A stretch of DNA of 59,831 bases, counting the filler. It is 5 parts of 5 records of this genome, joined end to end, with 100 filler letters (N's around TTAATTAATTAA, not from the genome) between each part and the next. Parts side by side here need not be neighbours in the genome. Positions count along the whole stretch, not along the records: positions 1 to 26,827 come from SRR31156797_1159; 4 more parts are not named here. One strand, 5' to 3'. The position numbers were made by a program, and so were the translations under genes. The notes under the pieces are model-generated. The model had not been told where the DNA came from and did no database searches. It was given only the letters and a program-made list of their open reading frames with translations. Positions 1-10,668 of the stretch are shown piece by piece (position 1 is the first letter of the stretch; every line of letters starts with the position of its first letter).

Positions 1-153
1 AGCTCCAAACATGTTACCATGGTCTGTCATAGCAACACTTTTCATCCCCATCTCTTTAACTTTTTTGGCTAAAGGTTTAATTTTATTTGCACCATCTAAA
101 AGTGAATATTCTGTATGTAAATGTAAGTGTGTAAATTCTGGTGTTTGTGACAT
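1..153 (-). CDS. dnaE: DNA polymerase III alpha subunit, 5' part (runs off window start)
   Basis: Manual translation from ATG at 153: [28 protein letters not shown]...[11 protein letters not shown], the PHP-domain N-terminus of DnaE. Confidence 0.95.
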   Translation of the reverse strand, partial: MSQTPEFTHLHLHTEYSLLDGANKIKPLAKKVKEMGMKSVAMTDHGNMFGA

Positions 154-257
154 AATTTTAACTTTTTTTATTGGTTTATTTTAAAAAGGATTATATCTAA
201 TACCAATTAAAATCTAATGAAAAATATTAACTATAATTGCTATATTTAAGAGTTAGT

Positions 258-1016
258 TTATTTCTTAGAAAAATGGCTCTTTGCTTCTTTGTATCCAAGA
301 CTAAAACATTCGTCTAGTTCTTTAAATGTAAACATTGAAAAGTCTCTTATTTCAAGGGTTGTTAGATAAAAGTTTGAGTTAGAGATTGTATAGTTATGGT
401 TATCATAAAGTTGTGTGAAAAGTTTTCTTTTTAAAACTTTCATGGGGTTTAGTTTTAGTTTTTTTCTACTTATACCTTTAGGGAATAAATCAATAGCCAT
501 AACCTCATAAGATTTTTTATCAAAAGGTTTTATTGGAACTGAATCAAAAAGTCCCCCATCTATCAGATACATATCTTTATATTTGATTGGTTTAAAAAGT
601 GGAATCAGTGCACTTGATGCCATACATAAAGTATGAGTATCACCTTTATCAAAATAGTGAAGTTTTCTTTTTTTTAAATCATATGCTGTAATAAATACTT
701 TTTTAGGGATATCTTCTAGTTTTTTTATTGGAAGTAGTGAGTTTAAAATCCTCTCATCTCTTTCTATTCTTATTAAACCATTTTTGAAATAGTTGAATTT
801 CAAAATCTTCTTTAAGTCTTTTGAAGAGAATATTTTTAATTGCTCTTTTGCTTTTATTCCACTTGCATGTGAAGCTGATATTATGGCACCAATTGAACTT
901 CCTGAATAGGCATCTATTTCTATTTTGTTCTCTTCCATAAAATCTAAAACACCAAGATGAAAAGCTCCTCTTGCAGCTCCTCCACCTAATGATATTGCAA
1001 AGCTTTTATCACTCAT
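258..1016 (-). CDS. Patatin-like phospholipase
   Basis: GGGAARG oxyanion loop, GSSIG nucleophile elbow, DGG motif; probable start MSDKS at 1016 overlapping the upstream stop. Confidence 0.9.
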   Translation of the reverse strand: MSDKSFAISLGGGAARGAFHLGVLDFMEENKIEIDAYSGSSIGAIISASHASGIKAKEQLKIFSSKDLKKILKFNYFKNGLIRIERDERILNSLLPIKKLEDIPKKVFITAYDLKKRKLHYFDKGDTHTLCMASSALIPLFKPIKYKDMYLIDGGLFDSVPIKPFDKKSYEVMAIDLFPKGISRKKLKLNPMKVLKRKLFTQLYDNHNYTISNSNFYLTTLEIRDFSMFTFKELDECFSLGYKEAKSHFSKK

Positions 1017-1750
1017 TTTTCTAACCAATTTATAATTTTAAAATCCCCATCGTATGTTTCTACTAAAGCTGTGCAAGACTCAACCCAATCTCCACAATTA
1101 AGGTATTCAATTGTATCAATATCTTTTATTTCAGCTTTATGTATATGTCCACATATTATGCCATCATAACCTTTATATTTTGCATGTTTCGCGAGGGTGT
1201 CTTCAAAATCAGTTATAAATGAAACAGAGGTTTTTACATTGTCTTTTACATATTTTGATAAAGACCATCTTGATTTTATACCAAGTTTACCTCTTAAAAG
1301 ATTTAATATTTGATTTACATTTAATAAAAGTTCATATCCATAGTCACCTAAGATTGCCAACCATTTTTTTGTCATAGTGATTGAGTCAAAAAAGTCTCCA
1401 TGTGTTATTAGATATTTTTTACCACTTAAAGAAGTGTATTCATACTCATTTTTTACTTCAAGCGAATTCCCTAGTATCAAAGGAACAAAGGGTCTTATAA
1501 ACTCATCATGGTTACCAGTTATGTACATTACTGAGGAACCTTTTCTTGCTCTTTTTAAAATCTTTTGAATTACATCTGAGTGTGTTTGTGGCCATACAAA
1601 TTTTCTTTTTATTGCCCAACCATCTATAATATCTCCTACTAAAAATAGATTTTCAGATTCATGGTTTTTTAAAAAGTCCAATAACTGTTTTGTATTTGAA
1701 AATTTTGTTCCTAGGTGAACATCCGATATAAATATACTTTTAAATTTCAT
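1013..1750 (-). CDS. Metallophosphoesterase of the LpxH/PlcP family (probable phospholipase C, PlcP-like)
   Basis: FISDVHLG, VGDIIDGW, WPQTHSDVIQKILKRARKG, GNHDE, HGD, CGHIH, NCGDWVES motifs. Confidence 0.85.
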   Translation of the reverse strand: MKFKSIFISDVHLGTKFSNTKQLLDFLKNHESENLFLVGDIIDGWAIKRKFVWPQTHSDVIQKILKRARKGSSVMYITGNHDEFIRPFVPLILGNSLEVKNEYEYTSLSGKKYLITHGDFFDSITMTKKWLAILGDYGYELLLNVNQILNLLRGKLGIKSRWSLSKYVKDNVKTSVSFITDFEDTLAKHAKYKGYDGIICGHIHKAEIKDIDTIEYLNCGDWVESCTALVETYDGDFKIINWLEK

Positions 1751-1761
1751 GTGGAAATTCT

Positions 1762-1817
1762 ATTACAGCAAGATTACAAATTAATGACATGTAATAGTGC
1801 TGTAATTTATGTGTAAT
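1762..1817. promoter_or_regulatory. Bidirectional array of 11-bp-period hexamer repeats (Pho-box-like, OmpR/PhoB-family site)
   Basis: Minus strand TGTCAT/TGTAAT/TGTAAT at 1784-1789, 1773-1778, 1762-1767; plus strand TGTAAT at 1790, 1801, 1812; exact 11-bp spacing in both sets. Confidence 0.7.
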
Positions 1818-1828
1818 AAAATCCTCAA

Positions 1829-2971
1829 ATGAAAAATTTAAAAATTTGCTTAGTTAGTGATACAGTTTTTGATGTTAATGGAGTATCTAGGTTTATTCAA
1901 GATTTCTCAAAAGAGGCAATAAAACATAATAGAGATTTTTCTATTGTAACTTCAACAAAAAAGAAAGCAGATGAGGAGTTTTCTAATATAATAAATATTG
2001 AGCCTATTTTTAGAATGAAGATGCCTTTTTATCAATCTTTGGATTTGGTATTACCTAATTTTTTTAAAATAAGAAAAGAGATAAAGAGAATAAACCCAGA
2101 TTTACTTCATGTCTCTACACCTGGGACTGTAGGGCTTTGTGCACTAATTTGTGCAAAATTAATGAAAATACCAGTTGTTGGAATCTATCATACTGATTTT
2201 CCAGCTTATTTGTATAAAAATACTAAAAATAGATTTGTTAGATGGGGAACAATAAAGTTTTTAAAAATTTTTTACTCTTCCTATAAAGCTTTATTTTCAA
2301 GGTCACAAGAGTATTTTAAAACTATGCAAGAGCAATTAGGTTTTGAACTTGATGATTTGTATTTATTAAAAGCAGGAATAAATATTGAGAGTTTTAACAA
2401 AACTTACGAAAACCAAACTATTTGGGATAATTACAAAGTTGATAAAAAAAAGTTTAAATTTTTATATGTTGGAAGAGTTTCTGTTGAGAAAAATGTTCAT
2501 AAACTTTTGGATATTTGGGAGAAAGCAAATTTAGAAAACTGTGAACTTTTATTGGTTGGAGATAAAGAGTTAAAAAGAGATTTGAATATAAAAGGGATTA
2601 CCCATTTAGGTAGGAAAAGAGGAAAAGAGTTATCCCAAATTTATGCTTCTAGTGATTGTTTTATTTTCCCTTCTACAACTGATACTTTAGGACAAGTTGT
2701 TATGGAAGCTCTCTCTTCAGCTTTACCTGTAGTGGTAAGCACTAAAGGTGGACCAAAAACTTTTGTAAAGAAGAGTTTTGGTTATATTATTGATATTAAC
2801 AATTACGATGAGGTTATTGAAGTTTTAAAAGAGTTATCAAAAAAAGATGATAAGTACTACAAGAAAAAAGATATGGCATATAGTTTTATGAGAGATATGT
2901 CTATCTCTCATAGTTTTTTAGATTTTTGGGAAAAAAATGAGCAAATCTATAAAAAGATTAAAGATTTGTAG
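1829..2971 (+). CDS. GT4 glycosyltransferase (diacylglycerol glycosyltransferase, Agt/MGS-like)
   Basis: DVNGVS, STPGTVG, YHTDFPAY, YVGRVSVEKN, FPSTTDTLGQVVMEA motifs. Confidence 0.85.
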   Translation: MKNLKICLVSDTVFDVNGVSRFIQDFSKEAIKHNRDFSIVTSTKKKADEEFSNIINIEPIFRMKMPFYQSLDLVLPNFFKIRKEIKRINPDLLHVSTPGTVGLCALICAKLMKIPVVGIYHTDFPAYLYKNTKNRFVRWGTIKFLKIFYSSYKALFSRSQEYFKTMQEQLGFELDDLYLLKAGINIESFNKTYENQTIWDNYKVDKKKFKFLYVGRVSVEKNVHKLLDIWEKANLENCELLLVGDKELKRDLNIKGITHLGRKRGKELSQIYASSDCFIFPSTTDTLGQVVMEALSSALPVVVSTKGGPKTFVKKSFGYIIDINNYDEVIEVLKELSKKDDKYYKKKDMAYSFMRDMSISHSFLDFWEKNEQIYKKIKDL

Positions 2972-3512
2972 CTAAAAGCCCATTTTTTACATCAGTATAA
3001 ATCTTTTCACCTTCTAGTATTTTAACTAGTTCAAGGGCAAACTTCATTGCAGTTGCTGGACCTTGTGATGTGATTACTTTGTCATCTATTACCACTAACT
3101 CTTCTTTTGTGTATGTAGAAGAATCAATTTTTTCTTCAAAACTTGGATAACAAGTATATTTATCATTTAAAACATCTGCTTTGTGTAAAGCATAAGGTGC
3201 AGCACAAATTGCCCCTACATATTTTCCTTTATCTTTCATCTGTTTTAATGTTTGTTTTACTAAAGAAGAATCTGCAAGGTTTTGTGTGTTTTCACCACCT
3301 CCTGGAAGTACAACCATATCAAAAACATCTAAATTTTCAATCTCTTCCAACTTTTTATCTGCTTGGATAAGCATTGAGTGGGCACCTTTTGTTAGAAGTT
3401 CATTTATAGTTGCTACCGCCACATCTATTTCTGCTCTTCTTAAAATATCAATGATAGAAACAGCTTCAATCTCTTCAAAACCTGTTGATAAAATTATAAG
3501 TACTTTTTTCAT
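2958..3512 (-). CDS. DJ-1/ThiJ/YajL family glyoxalase/deglycase
   Basis: GFEEIEA, VLPGG, AICAAP, TSQGPATA motifs; likely start MKKVLII at 3512. Confidence 0.92.
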   Translation of the reverse strand: MKKVLIILSTGFEEIEAVSIIDILRRAEIDVAVATINELLTKGAHSMLIQADKKLEEIENLDVFDMVVLPGGGENTQNLADSSLVKQTLKQMKDKGKYVGAICAAPYALHKADVLNDKYTCYPSFEEKIDSSTYTKEELVVIDDKVITSQGPATAMKFALELVKILEGEKIYTDVKNGLLATNL

Positions 3513-3646
3513 ATTTTTATCCTTTATATTTTTTGTATATATTTTATCATAACAAATGTTGTAATTATGCCTAAAAATCAATGTGTTTTAAGAATTTATA
3601 AGTTATTTTTAAATAAAATTTAAGCAATTATAATAAGGGGATTTAT

Positions 3647-4381
3647 ATGATAAAAACAGTTTCTAAGGTAATCCTTTTGGGTGTGTTGTCTTTAGCATAT
3701 ACAGGATGTGAGTTAAAACAAACTGTTACACCTCAAAAAGATGGGTCTTATGATATCAAAACATCATTAGTTGGACCACAAAGTGAAAAAGAGAAAAAAG
3801 AGTCAAGTTATATGACTCCTGATGTACAAAAAACTAACTCAGATGTTCAAGTAACAAAAGAGTATATGAAAATTGCTAGAGATTCAGAGTATAATATTAC
3901 TACACAAGACACCTTAGAAGGAACAATTAGTTCACTTGCTACTCAAATGATGAGAAACAATAAAATGATTACTAGAAAGCCTGTGTTAATCACTTCTTTT
4001 GTAAGACTTGATAATTTTAAAAAAACTACTGAATTTGGTAGAATTGTAAGTGAAAGTTTAATCAATGAGATGTCAAACAGAGGTTTCAACATAATTGAGT
4101 ATAGAGGTCAAATGGCTGTTTCAATTAATGAAAAAGGTGAGTATTTTATTACTAGAAATCCTTATAAACTAAAAGATAAAGTTCCAAATACTTATATTGT
4201 GGTGGGTACTTATTCAAGACAGTATAAAAAGATTATGTTAAATGCAAGAGTTATAGATAATGTTACTGGTAAGATTATCTCTAGTGCTAGAGCAACTTTT
4301 GCGCATAACAAAAGAAATGATTGTATTCTTTTCAAAGACTGCAAACCTGCAAGAACAATTAGAATCATCGAAGAAAAATAG
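3647..4381 (+). CDS. FlgO-like outer-membrane lipoprotein
   Basis: Lipobox-like YTGC; ITSFVRLD..TTEFGRIVSESL, VVGTYS, NARVID pattern of the FlgO domain. Confidence 0.75.
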   Translation: MIKTVSKVILLGVLSLAYTGCELKQTVTPQKDGSYDIKTSLVGPQSEKEKKESSYMTPDVQKTNSDVQVTKEYMKIARDSEYNITTQDTLEGTISSLATQMMRNNKMITRKPVLITSFVRLDNFKKTTEFGRIVSESLINEMSNRGFNIIEYRGQMAVSINEKGEYFITRNPYKLKDKVPNTYIVVGTYSRQYKKIMLNARVIDNVTGKIISSARATFAHNKRNDCILFKDCKPARTIRIIEEK

Positions 4382-4386
4382 TCTAA

Positions 4387-5010
4387 ATGAAAAACCAATT
4401 GTTTAAAGTGTTGAAGTATTTTTTCACTTCAATGCTTTTAATTGTAACTTTTACTTCTTGTAGCAATATTGCAAAAGAGGTTGCAAATAAATCACCCTTT
4501 AATCATAAATATTTTTCTGGTTCTACAAACTTCAATTCTTTGGTTGATGATTTAGTTCAAGAACAGTATTCTAGAATAGTTAGACATTTGGAAACTGATG
4601 AGGTTGTACTTGTATCAGATTTTGTAAATGTTGATAAATTAAGAAATCATTCAAAACTTGGGTTTTTATTATCAGAACAGTTAAAGAACTCTTTATCAAA
4701 AAGAGGAATAATAATAAGAGCTGTAGAGTTAGGTAGAGACTTCCAACTTGGAACTCATGGTTTTAATTTATTAACAAGAAAACCTAAAGATATAAAAGAT
4801 GATAGTGTTGTAAATAAATATGCTTTTGTGGGAACATATAGTGTGACAACAGAGAGTTTGATTTTATTTACTAAGTTGATTGATATAGAAACAGGGAATA
4901 TTTTAAGTTCTGCTAGTACAGAGACACCTATAAGTACTGAGTTATTACAACTTGAAAGAAGTCCTCAACTTGGTCAAAACTCAGGTATCGTTACCCCTTT
5001 AGTCTTATAA
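4387..5010 (+). CDS. Second FlgO-like lipoprotein
   Basis: Lipobox FTSC; VSDFVNVD..SKLGFLLSEQL, FVGTYS, KLIDIETGNILSSA pattern. Confidence 0.7.
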   Translation: MKNQLFKVLKYFFTSMLLIVTFTSCSNIAKEVANKSPFNHKYFSGSTNFNSLVDDLVQEQYSRIVRHLETDEVVLVSDFVNVDKLRNHSKLGFLLSEQLKNSLSKRGIIIRAVELGRDFQLGTHGFNLLTRKPKDIKDDSVVNKYAFVGTYSVTTESLILFTKLIDIETGNILSSASTETPISTELLQLERSPQLGQNSGIVTPLVL

Positions 5011-6570
5011 GATATCTTGTATTAAAAATTGGGGAGATATTTCTCCTCTAAACTCATTTTTATTTACTGAAATTATTAAATCTATACTTGTATCTAAAAT
5101 CTTATTTTCAGTGTGAAATTGTAAAGCTTCAAAAACAAATCCATTGTTATTTAAAGTTAATTTCAAATGGTTTTTATCTTTTCCAAAAAGTTGAGATTTT
5201 AAAACTTTTGAGTTAGAAACTTTGAAAATAGGTTTTACATTTTCAAGTCCATAAGGCTCAAAGCTTTCAATAATATCTAAAAACTCAATATCAACACTAG
5301 ATACATCAAGTTCCCCTAATACATCGTATTCAATATGCAAGTCTTCAGGTTCAATATCTAAGATTGTGTTTATTCTTTTTCTAAACTCTTCTAGATTTTC
5401 TGCTTTCATAGAGAGTCCAGCTGCATTTTTGTGCCCACCAAAACCTATTAGTAAATCAGAAGTTTCTGTAATAATAGTATGAAGATTTATGTTTGCATTT
5501 GCTCTTGCGCTTCCTTTTGCAATACCATCTTTTATAGAAAAAATAAATGCAGGTTTTTTGTGCAGGTTTGACATCTTTGAAGCTACAATACCTATAACAC
5601 CCTCGTGCCAATTTTCTCCCCAAACAACAACTGCATTATCTTGGGGATTTGTTGCAGCATTTGCTTTTTGAGATATTTGCTCTTGCAAGTTTTTTCTATA
5701 GCAGTTTAATTCTTCTAACATTTGTAAAGAATCATTTGCTTCATAAATAGTTTTTGACAAAAGAAATGACAAAGCAATTGAGGCATCATCCATTCTTCCT
5801 GCACTATTTATTTTTGGCGCAATTGTAAAACCTATATCATCTGAAACATAAAGTTGTTTTTGCATAACTTCATTTAGTTTTAAAAATGCAGGTCTTTGTG
5901 AAGATTTTATCTGCTTTAGACCATGTTTAACCATTATATAGTTTAAACTTGTCATTGGCATGATATCTGCAACAATTGCAACACAAAGAAGGTCAAAAAA
6001 GCCTTGAAGATTTACTTCTGCATTAAGTTCTTTCTTTATAGCGGCACAAAGATACCAAGCAACTTGTGCTCCACATATATCTTTAAAAGGAAAAGTACAA
6101 TCTTCTTGTTTTGGATTTATAATAGCAAGGGCATATGGTAACTCTTCCCCAACTGTATGGTGATCAGTGATAATTAAGTCAATATTTTTTTCATGAAGTT
6201 TTTTTGCTGCATTAACTGCTGAGATTCCATTATCAACAGTGATAACCAAACCTTCATTTATCATATCAACAATTTTTGGTGAAAGTCCATAGCCATGAGC
6301 AAAACGATTAGGGATTATATAATCCACTTTTACTCCAAGTTTTTCAAAAAAATCAACAATAATTGTAGTTGAAACAACACCATCAACATCATAATCACCA
6401 ACAATAGTAATCTTTTCTTGATTTAGTATGGCTTGTTTTATTCTATTAGTTGCTTTTTGAATATCTTTAAAACTATCAGGAGTTGGGATTTGTGCAAGAC
6501 GAGAATATTGACTATTCTCGTGTCTTGACTTTAATAGGTTAAAAAGCTTCTGTTTATCGATTCTTTCCAT
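5005..6570 (-). CDS. recJ: Single-stranded-DNA exonuclease RecJ
   Basis: GDYDVDG, TVDNG, TDHH, GGH motifs of the DHH/DHHA1 family. Confidence 0.95.
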   Translation of the reverse strand: MERIDKQKLFNLLKSRHENSQYSRLAQIPTPDSFKDIQKATNRIKQAILNQEKITIVGDYDVDGVVSTTIIVDFFEKLGVKVDYIIPNRFAHGYGLSPKIVDMINEGLVITVDNGISAVNAAKKLHEKNIDLIITDHHTVGEELPYALAIINPKQEDCTFPFKDICGAQVAWYLCAAIKKELNAEVNLQGFFDLLCVAIVADIMPMTSLNYIMVKHGLKQIKSSQRPAFLKLNEVMQKQLYVSDDIGFTIAPKINSAGRMDDASIALSFLLSKTIYEANDSLQMLEELNCYRKNLQEQISQKANAATNPQDNAVVVWGENWHEGVIGIVASKMSNLHKKPAFIFSIKDGIAKGSARANANINLHTIITETSDLLIGFGGHKNAAGLSMKAENLEEFRKRINTILDIEPEDLHIEYDVLGELDVSSVDIEFLDIIESFEPYGLENVKPIFKVSNSKVLKSQLFGKDKNHLKLTLNNNGFVFEALQFHTENKILDTSIDLIISVNKNEFRGEISPQFLIQDIL

Positions 6571-8186
6571 TACTTATTAGTGTTAGCATTCTTTACAAAT
6601 TCTAAAACTATTGGGTTTGGTGTTTCTAAGTGAGAAGTAAACTCTGGGTGGAATTGAACACCAACAAACCATGGATGATCTTTGATTTCAACTGCTTCAA
6701 TAAGACCATTTGATTGACCAGTAACTGTCATACCAGCTTCTTCTAATCTTTCTTTATAAGCAGGGTTTGCTTCATATCTATGTCTATGTCTTTCGTAATA
6801 GATTTTTTCATTTCCATAAGCTTTTTGAAGTCTACTTCCTTTTAATGGTTCAAAAGGATATTCTCCAAGTCTCATAGTCCCACCCATTGGTGATTTATGA
6901 GTTCTAACTTGTTTGTTTCCACTTTGGTCAATGAATTCATCAATTAGATAGATTAATGGCTCTTTAGTATCTGCATCAAACTCAATAGAGTTTGCATCTT
7001 CAATTTCAAGTACATTTCTTGCATATTCAATTACTGCAAGTTGCATACCTAAACAAATACCAAGGTAAGGGATTTTATTCTCTCTTGCGTATTTAATAGC
7101 TGCAAGTTTTCCTTCAACACCTCTGTGTCCAAATCCACCAGCAACTAAGATACCATCTGCGTTTCCAATGATTTCATATGCACCATTATCTTCAATTCTT
7201 TGCGAATCACACCAGTGGATATTTACTTTTGTATTTAAGTGTGCTCCAGCGTGGATTAATGATTCGATTAAAGATTTATATGATTCTTTTAAGTCAAGAT
7301 ATTTACCTACAAATGCAATTGTAACTTCATCTTGTGGAACTAGGATGTTTTTAACTAACATATCCCATTTTTCCATGTTTGGTTTTAATTTAATATTTAG
7401 GTGCTCTGATAAAGGATTTAAAATTCCCTCTTTGATAAAGTGAAGAGGAACTTGATAAATAGATTGTGCATCACCAGCTTCAATTACGGCATTTCTATCA
7501 ATATCACATGATAATGCTAGTTTATCTTTTAAGTTTTTAGGAAGAGGTTTTTCTGTTCTACATACTAACATATGTGGAGTGATACCAATTCTTCTTAATT
7601 CTTGTACAGAGTGTTGTGTAGGTTTTGTTTTAAGCTCACCTGCAGCTTTAATATATGGAACTAAACTCACATGAATATTCATTGTGTTGTTTTTTGGAAG
7701 TTCGTGTTTCATAGCTCTGATTGATTCCATGAAAGGTAAACCTTCGATATCTCCAACAGTTCCACCCAGTTCGATAATTAGGAAGTCATTATCTTCAGCA
7801 GCAGCATAGATTCTATCTTTGATCTCATCTACAACGTGAGGAATAACTTGAATAGTTTTACCTAAATATCCACCTTCTCTTTCTCTTCTGATTACACTTT
7901 GGTAAACTTGACCAGTAGTGAAAGAGTTTTTTCCTGTTAATGTTTTATCTATGAATCTTTCATAGTTACCCAAATCTAAATCTGTTTCTGCACCATCTGC
8001 TGTAACAAAAACTTCCCCATGCTCTAATGGACTCATAGTCCCTGGGTCTACATTTAAATATGGATCAATTTTAAGCATTGAAACATTATAACCTGATTGC
8101 TTTAAAATTGTAGCAATAGAAGCGGAAGTTATCCCTTTACCAAGGGAACTTAACACACCACCTGTGACAAATATGAATTTAGTCAT
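6570..8186 (-). CDS. pyrG: CTP synthase
   Basis: [47 protein letters not shown]. Confidence 0.98.
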   Translation of the reverse strand: MTKFIFVTGGVLSSLGKGITSASIATILKQSGYNVSMLKIDPYLNVDPGTMSPLEHGEVFVTADGAETDLDLGNYERFIDKTLTGKNSFTTGQVYQSVIRREREGGYLGKTIQVIPHVVDEIKDRIYAAAEDNDFLIIELGGTVGDIEGLPFMESIRAMKHELPKNNTMNIHVSLVPYIKAAGELKTKPTQHSVQELRRIGITPHMLVCRTEKPLPKNLKDKLALSCDIDRNAVIEAGDAQSIYQVPLHFIKEGILNPLSEHLNIKLKPNMEKWDMLVKNILVPQDEVTIAFVGKYLDLKESYKSLIESLIHAGAHLNTKVNIHWCDSQRIEDNGAYEIIGNADGILVAGGFGHRGVEGKLAAIKYARENKIPYLGICLGMQLAVIEYARNVLEIEDANSIEFDADTKEPLIYLIDEFIDQSGNKQVRTHKSPMGGTMRLGEYPFEPLKGSRLQKAYGNEKIYYERHRHRYEANPAYKERLEEAGMTVTGQSNGLIEAVEIKDHPWFVGVQFHPEFTSHLETPNPIVLEFVKNANTNK

Positions 8187-8261
8187 TATAGAAAACTCCG
8201 TAAAAATTAATTAAAAATATTTCGCGATTATAACTTAATTGAAGTAAATATTGAGTTAAGT

Positions 8262-8285
8262 AAAAAAGGAGTTTTAAAACTCCTT
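8262..8285 (-). terminator. Intrinsic terminator after ccoG
   Basis: Perfect palindrome AAGGAGTTTT/AAAACTCCTT (8266-8285) followed by a T-run on the minus strand. Confidence 0.6.
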
Positions 8286-8292
8286 CTTTATT

Positions 8293-9678
8293 TTAGTTTT
8301 TTAGCTTGTCTGCTCTTGGATAGATAAATACTGCTTTTCTAAATACAGTGATTTTTTCTGGCTCATCAACTGCAAATGCTTTGATAGTTACAGTGATAGG
8401 TGTATCTTTTGTTTTGTCATTTACTAATATTTTGTCAGTTTCAAGAATCACAACTTTTTTTGCCATTTTTTTAGGACTTAATTTAAAAGGTTTGAATCTT
8501 TTTATTTTAATATCTGGATGGTCAACAACTTCTAAATCATAAGTATGTGTTTTAGAATCTGTATTTTGGAATAAGAATAAGAAGTTATTTGCAACCACAT
8601 TATTTTCTTTGATTTTGTAAAGTTGAGTTGTTTTATTTACATTTAAAAGCATATGCTCTTTTTCTCCACCCATTACAAATAATAAAGCAATAACTAAAAG
8701 TAATGCAATTGAATACATAATTGTAGATTTTCTTACAACTTTTGTTGGCTTATTTTCTACAATATCTCTTGTACTTGTCCATTGAACTAAAGATTCTTTT
8801 CCAAGTTTTCCCATAACAGTAGTACAGGCATCAACGCACTCTAAACAGTTTATACATTCAAGTTGTAAACCTTTTCTAATATCAATATGAGTTGGACAAA
8901 CAGTTACACATGATTCGCATGCTGTACATTCATTGTTTGGGTCAGGTAAATCTTTTTGTTTGAAGATGATTTTTTCTCTGCTGTCATTATAGATTTTACC
9001 ACCTCTGTTATTTGAATAGATTGCTTGGTAAGTATCATTGTCATAAAGTACTGATTGAACTCTTGAATAAGGACAAACATATACACAAAAGTTTTCTTTA
9101 ATCCAAACAACATCATAAACTAAAAATGCTGCAATAATTAAAACAAAACCTATTAAAAACCAGTGCTCAGCAGGATTTTGAAGATATTGAAAAAAATCTT
9201 CTGGAGGAACAAAATACCACATAAAGTCAGCTGCTGCAATAATTGAAAGTAAAGACCAAATGATAATTGCTATCACTCTTTTTGATGCATTTTCTGCTTT
9301 CTTCCAGTTTGGTTCTTTTTGTTTATTTTTAATTCTTCTTAAACCTAATAGTTTTGATTCTATTAAATCTCTATATATTACCCTAAAAATTGTTTGTGGA
9401 CAGGCCCATCCACACCATGCTCTTCCCCCGATTGCAGTAACAGCAAAAATACCTAAGAAAAGCAACATAAGTAAAAATGGCATAAGGTAAAGTTCTTGCA
9501 TATCAAATGCAACACCCATTAAATGAAGTTGCTTTTTATCAAATGATAATAAAAATATGTGGTTTCCGTTAATTGTTATAAATGGAACAACTAAGGCAAC
9601 TATTGTAGCAACTACATATGCATAATATCTTTTAATTCTATATGGCGTCTGTTTAAGACTTGCAGTTTGTGCTTCCAT
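8293..9678 (-). CDS. ccoG: Cytochrome c oxidase accessory protein CcoG/FixG
   Basis: GRAWCGWACPQT, FCVYVCPYSRVQS, two CxxCxxCxxxC 4Fe-4S motifs, C-terminal Ig-like part. Confidence 0.93.
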   Translation of the reverse strand: MEAQTASLKQTPYRIKRYYAYVVATIVALVVPFITINGNHIFLLSFDKKQLHLMGVAFDMQELYLMPFLLMLLFLGIFAVTAIGGRAWCGWACPQTIFRVIYRDLIESKLLGLRRIKNKQKEPNWKKAENASKRVIAIIIWSLLSIIAAADFMWYFVPPEDFFQYLQNPAEHWFLIGFVLIIAAFLVYDVVWIKENFCVYVCPYSRVQSVLYDNDTYQAIYSNNRGGKIYNDSREKIIFKQKDLPDPNNECTACESCVTVCPTHIDIRKGLQLECINCLECVDACTTVMGKLGKESLVQWTSTRDIVENKPTKVVRKSTIMYSIALLLVIALLFVMGGEKEHMLLNVNKTTQLYKIKENNVVANNFLFLFQNTDSKTHTYDLEVVDHPDIKIKRFKPFKLSPKKMAKKVVILETDKILVNDKTKDTPITVTIKAFAVDEPEKITVFRKAVFIYPRADKLKN

Positions 9679-9761
9679 TTTAATGTCCTATAGTTTTTTT
9701 TGTATTATATATAAAAGTTTCTTATGTAAAACATAAACAAGCATAAGTTTAAATTATAATT

Positions 9762-10598
9762 CTATACTGTAAGCTTTCTGTAAGTTTCAATTCTAATAAA
9801 AATATTTCTGATTATTTGAGTTATATCAAAGTTCTCAAGTATCTGAACTTTAGGGTAGTTTGATATGATATATTCAAACTTCAAAATATCTGCTTCTAAG
9901 GTACTTTCTACAATAGTTGGTAAATTTATAGATTTAATAAATTTTTCATCATAGGTTTTGTCTTTTCTTTTTAGTAGTACAGGTTTACCTCCTGAGAAAA
10001 TAGACTCAATACATGTATATAATGAACCAGATAATAAGTAATTCGAATTTTTAATACAACTTGCATAATTATTTTCATTAATAATATTACTAAAAATTGA
10101 TTTGAGTTTTTGTCTGTTTATTTGTGTAAAATCATAGCCTAAAAGAAAAGGAATCTTACAAATATATTTTTCAAACTCTTTTAACAGAACTTCATTTTTG
10201 TCGTCATCTCCATAAAAGAATAGTTTTTCAATTTTGCGTTTATTTTGTCTATTAAACTCTAATCTATCTATAACTGAAAAGGGAATATCATCAGGAATCT
10301 TGTAGCTTAAAGTACATAAATGAAGAATCTCATTTTCAATAAAGTCATTTTCTTCATGTGCTTCATATATAAGAATATCTCCTTTTTTTATGTATTTCTT
10401 GAGTTCATTTTTGTTATTCAAATGATGATATTTATTTATTCCAAGTCTATTTTTTGCATATAATCCAACTTTTAAATTATTTGTTAAAAGAGTGTTTTCA
10501 CAGTATTGTTTTTGTAAAAGTTTTGAAATAATTGATAGTCTTCTAACTGAATCATAACCAATGTTTAAATCAGAATAAGCATATAGAAAAACTTGCAT
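9762..10598 (-). CDS. Hypothetical protein (possibly GT-B/PseG-like fold)
   Basis: 278-aa ORF with RBS-like GGAG; only weak resemblance to PseG-like N-termini. Confidence 0.5.
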   Translation of the reverse strand: MQVFLYAYSDLNIGYDSVRRLSIISKLLQKQYCENTLLTNNLKVGLYAKNRLGINKYHHLNNKNELKKYIKKGDILIYEAHEENDFIENEILHLCTLSYKIPDDIPFSVIDRLEFNRQNKRKIEKLFFYGDDDKNEVLLKEFEKYICKIPFLLGYDFTQINRQKLKSIFSNIINENNYASCIKNSNYLLSGSLYTCIESIFSGGKPVLLKRKDKTYDEKFIKSINLPTIVESTLEADILKFEYIISNYPKVQILENFDITQIIRNIFIRIETYRKLTV

Positions 10599-10668
10599 AG
10601 AAATTCTCCAAAAATAATCTAATAATTAATTTTTTGAATTCTATTACAAGTTTGATTAAAGATTAGAA

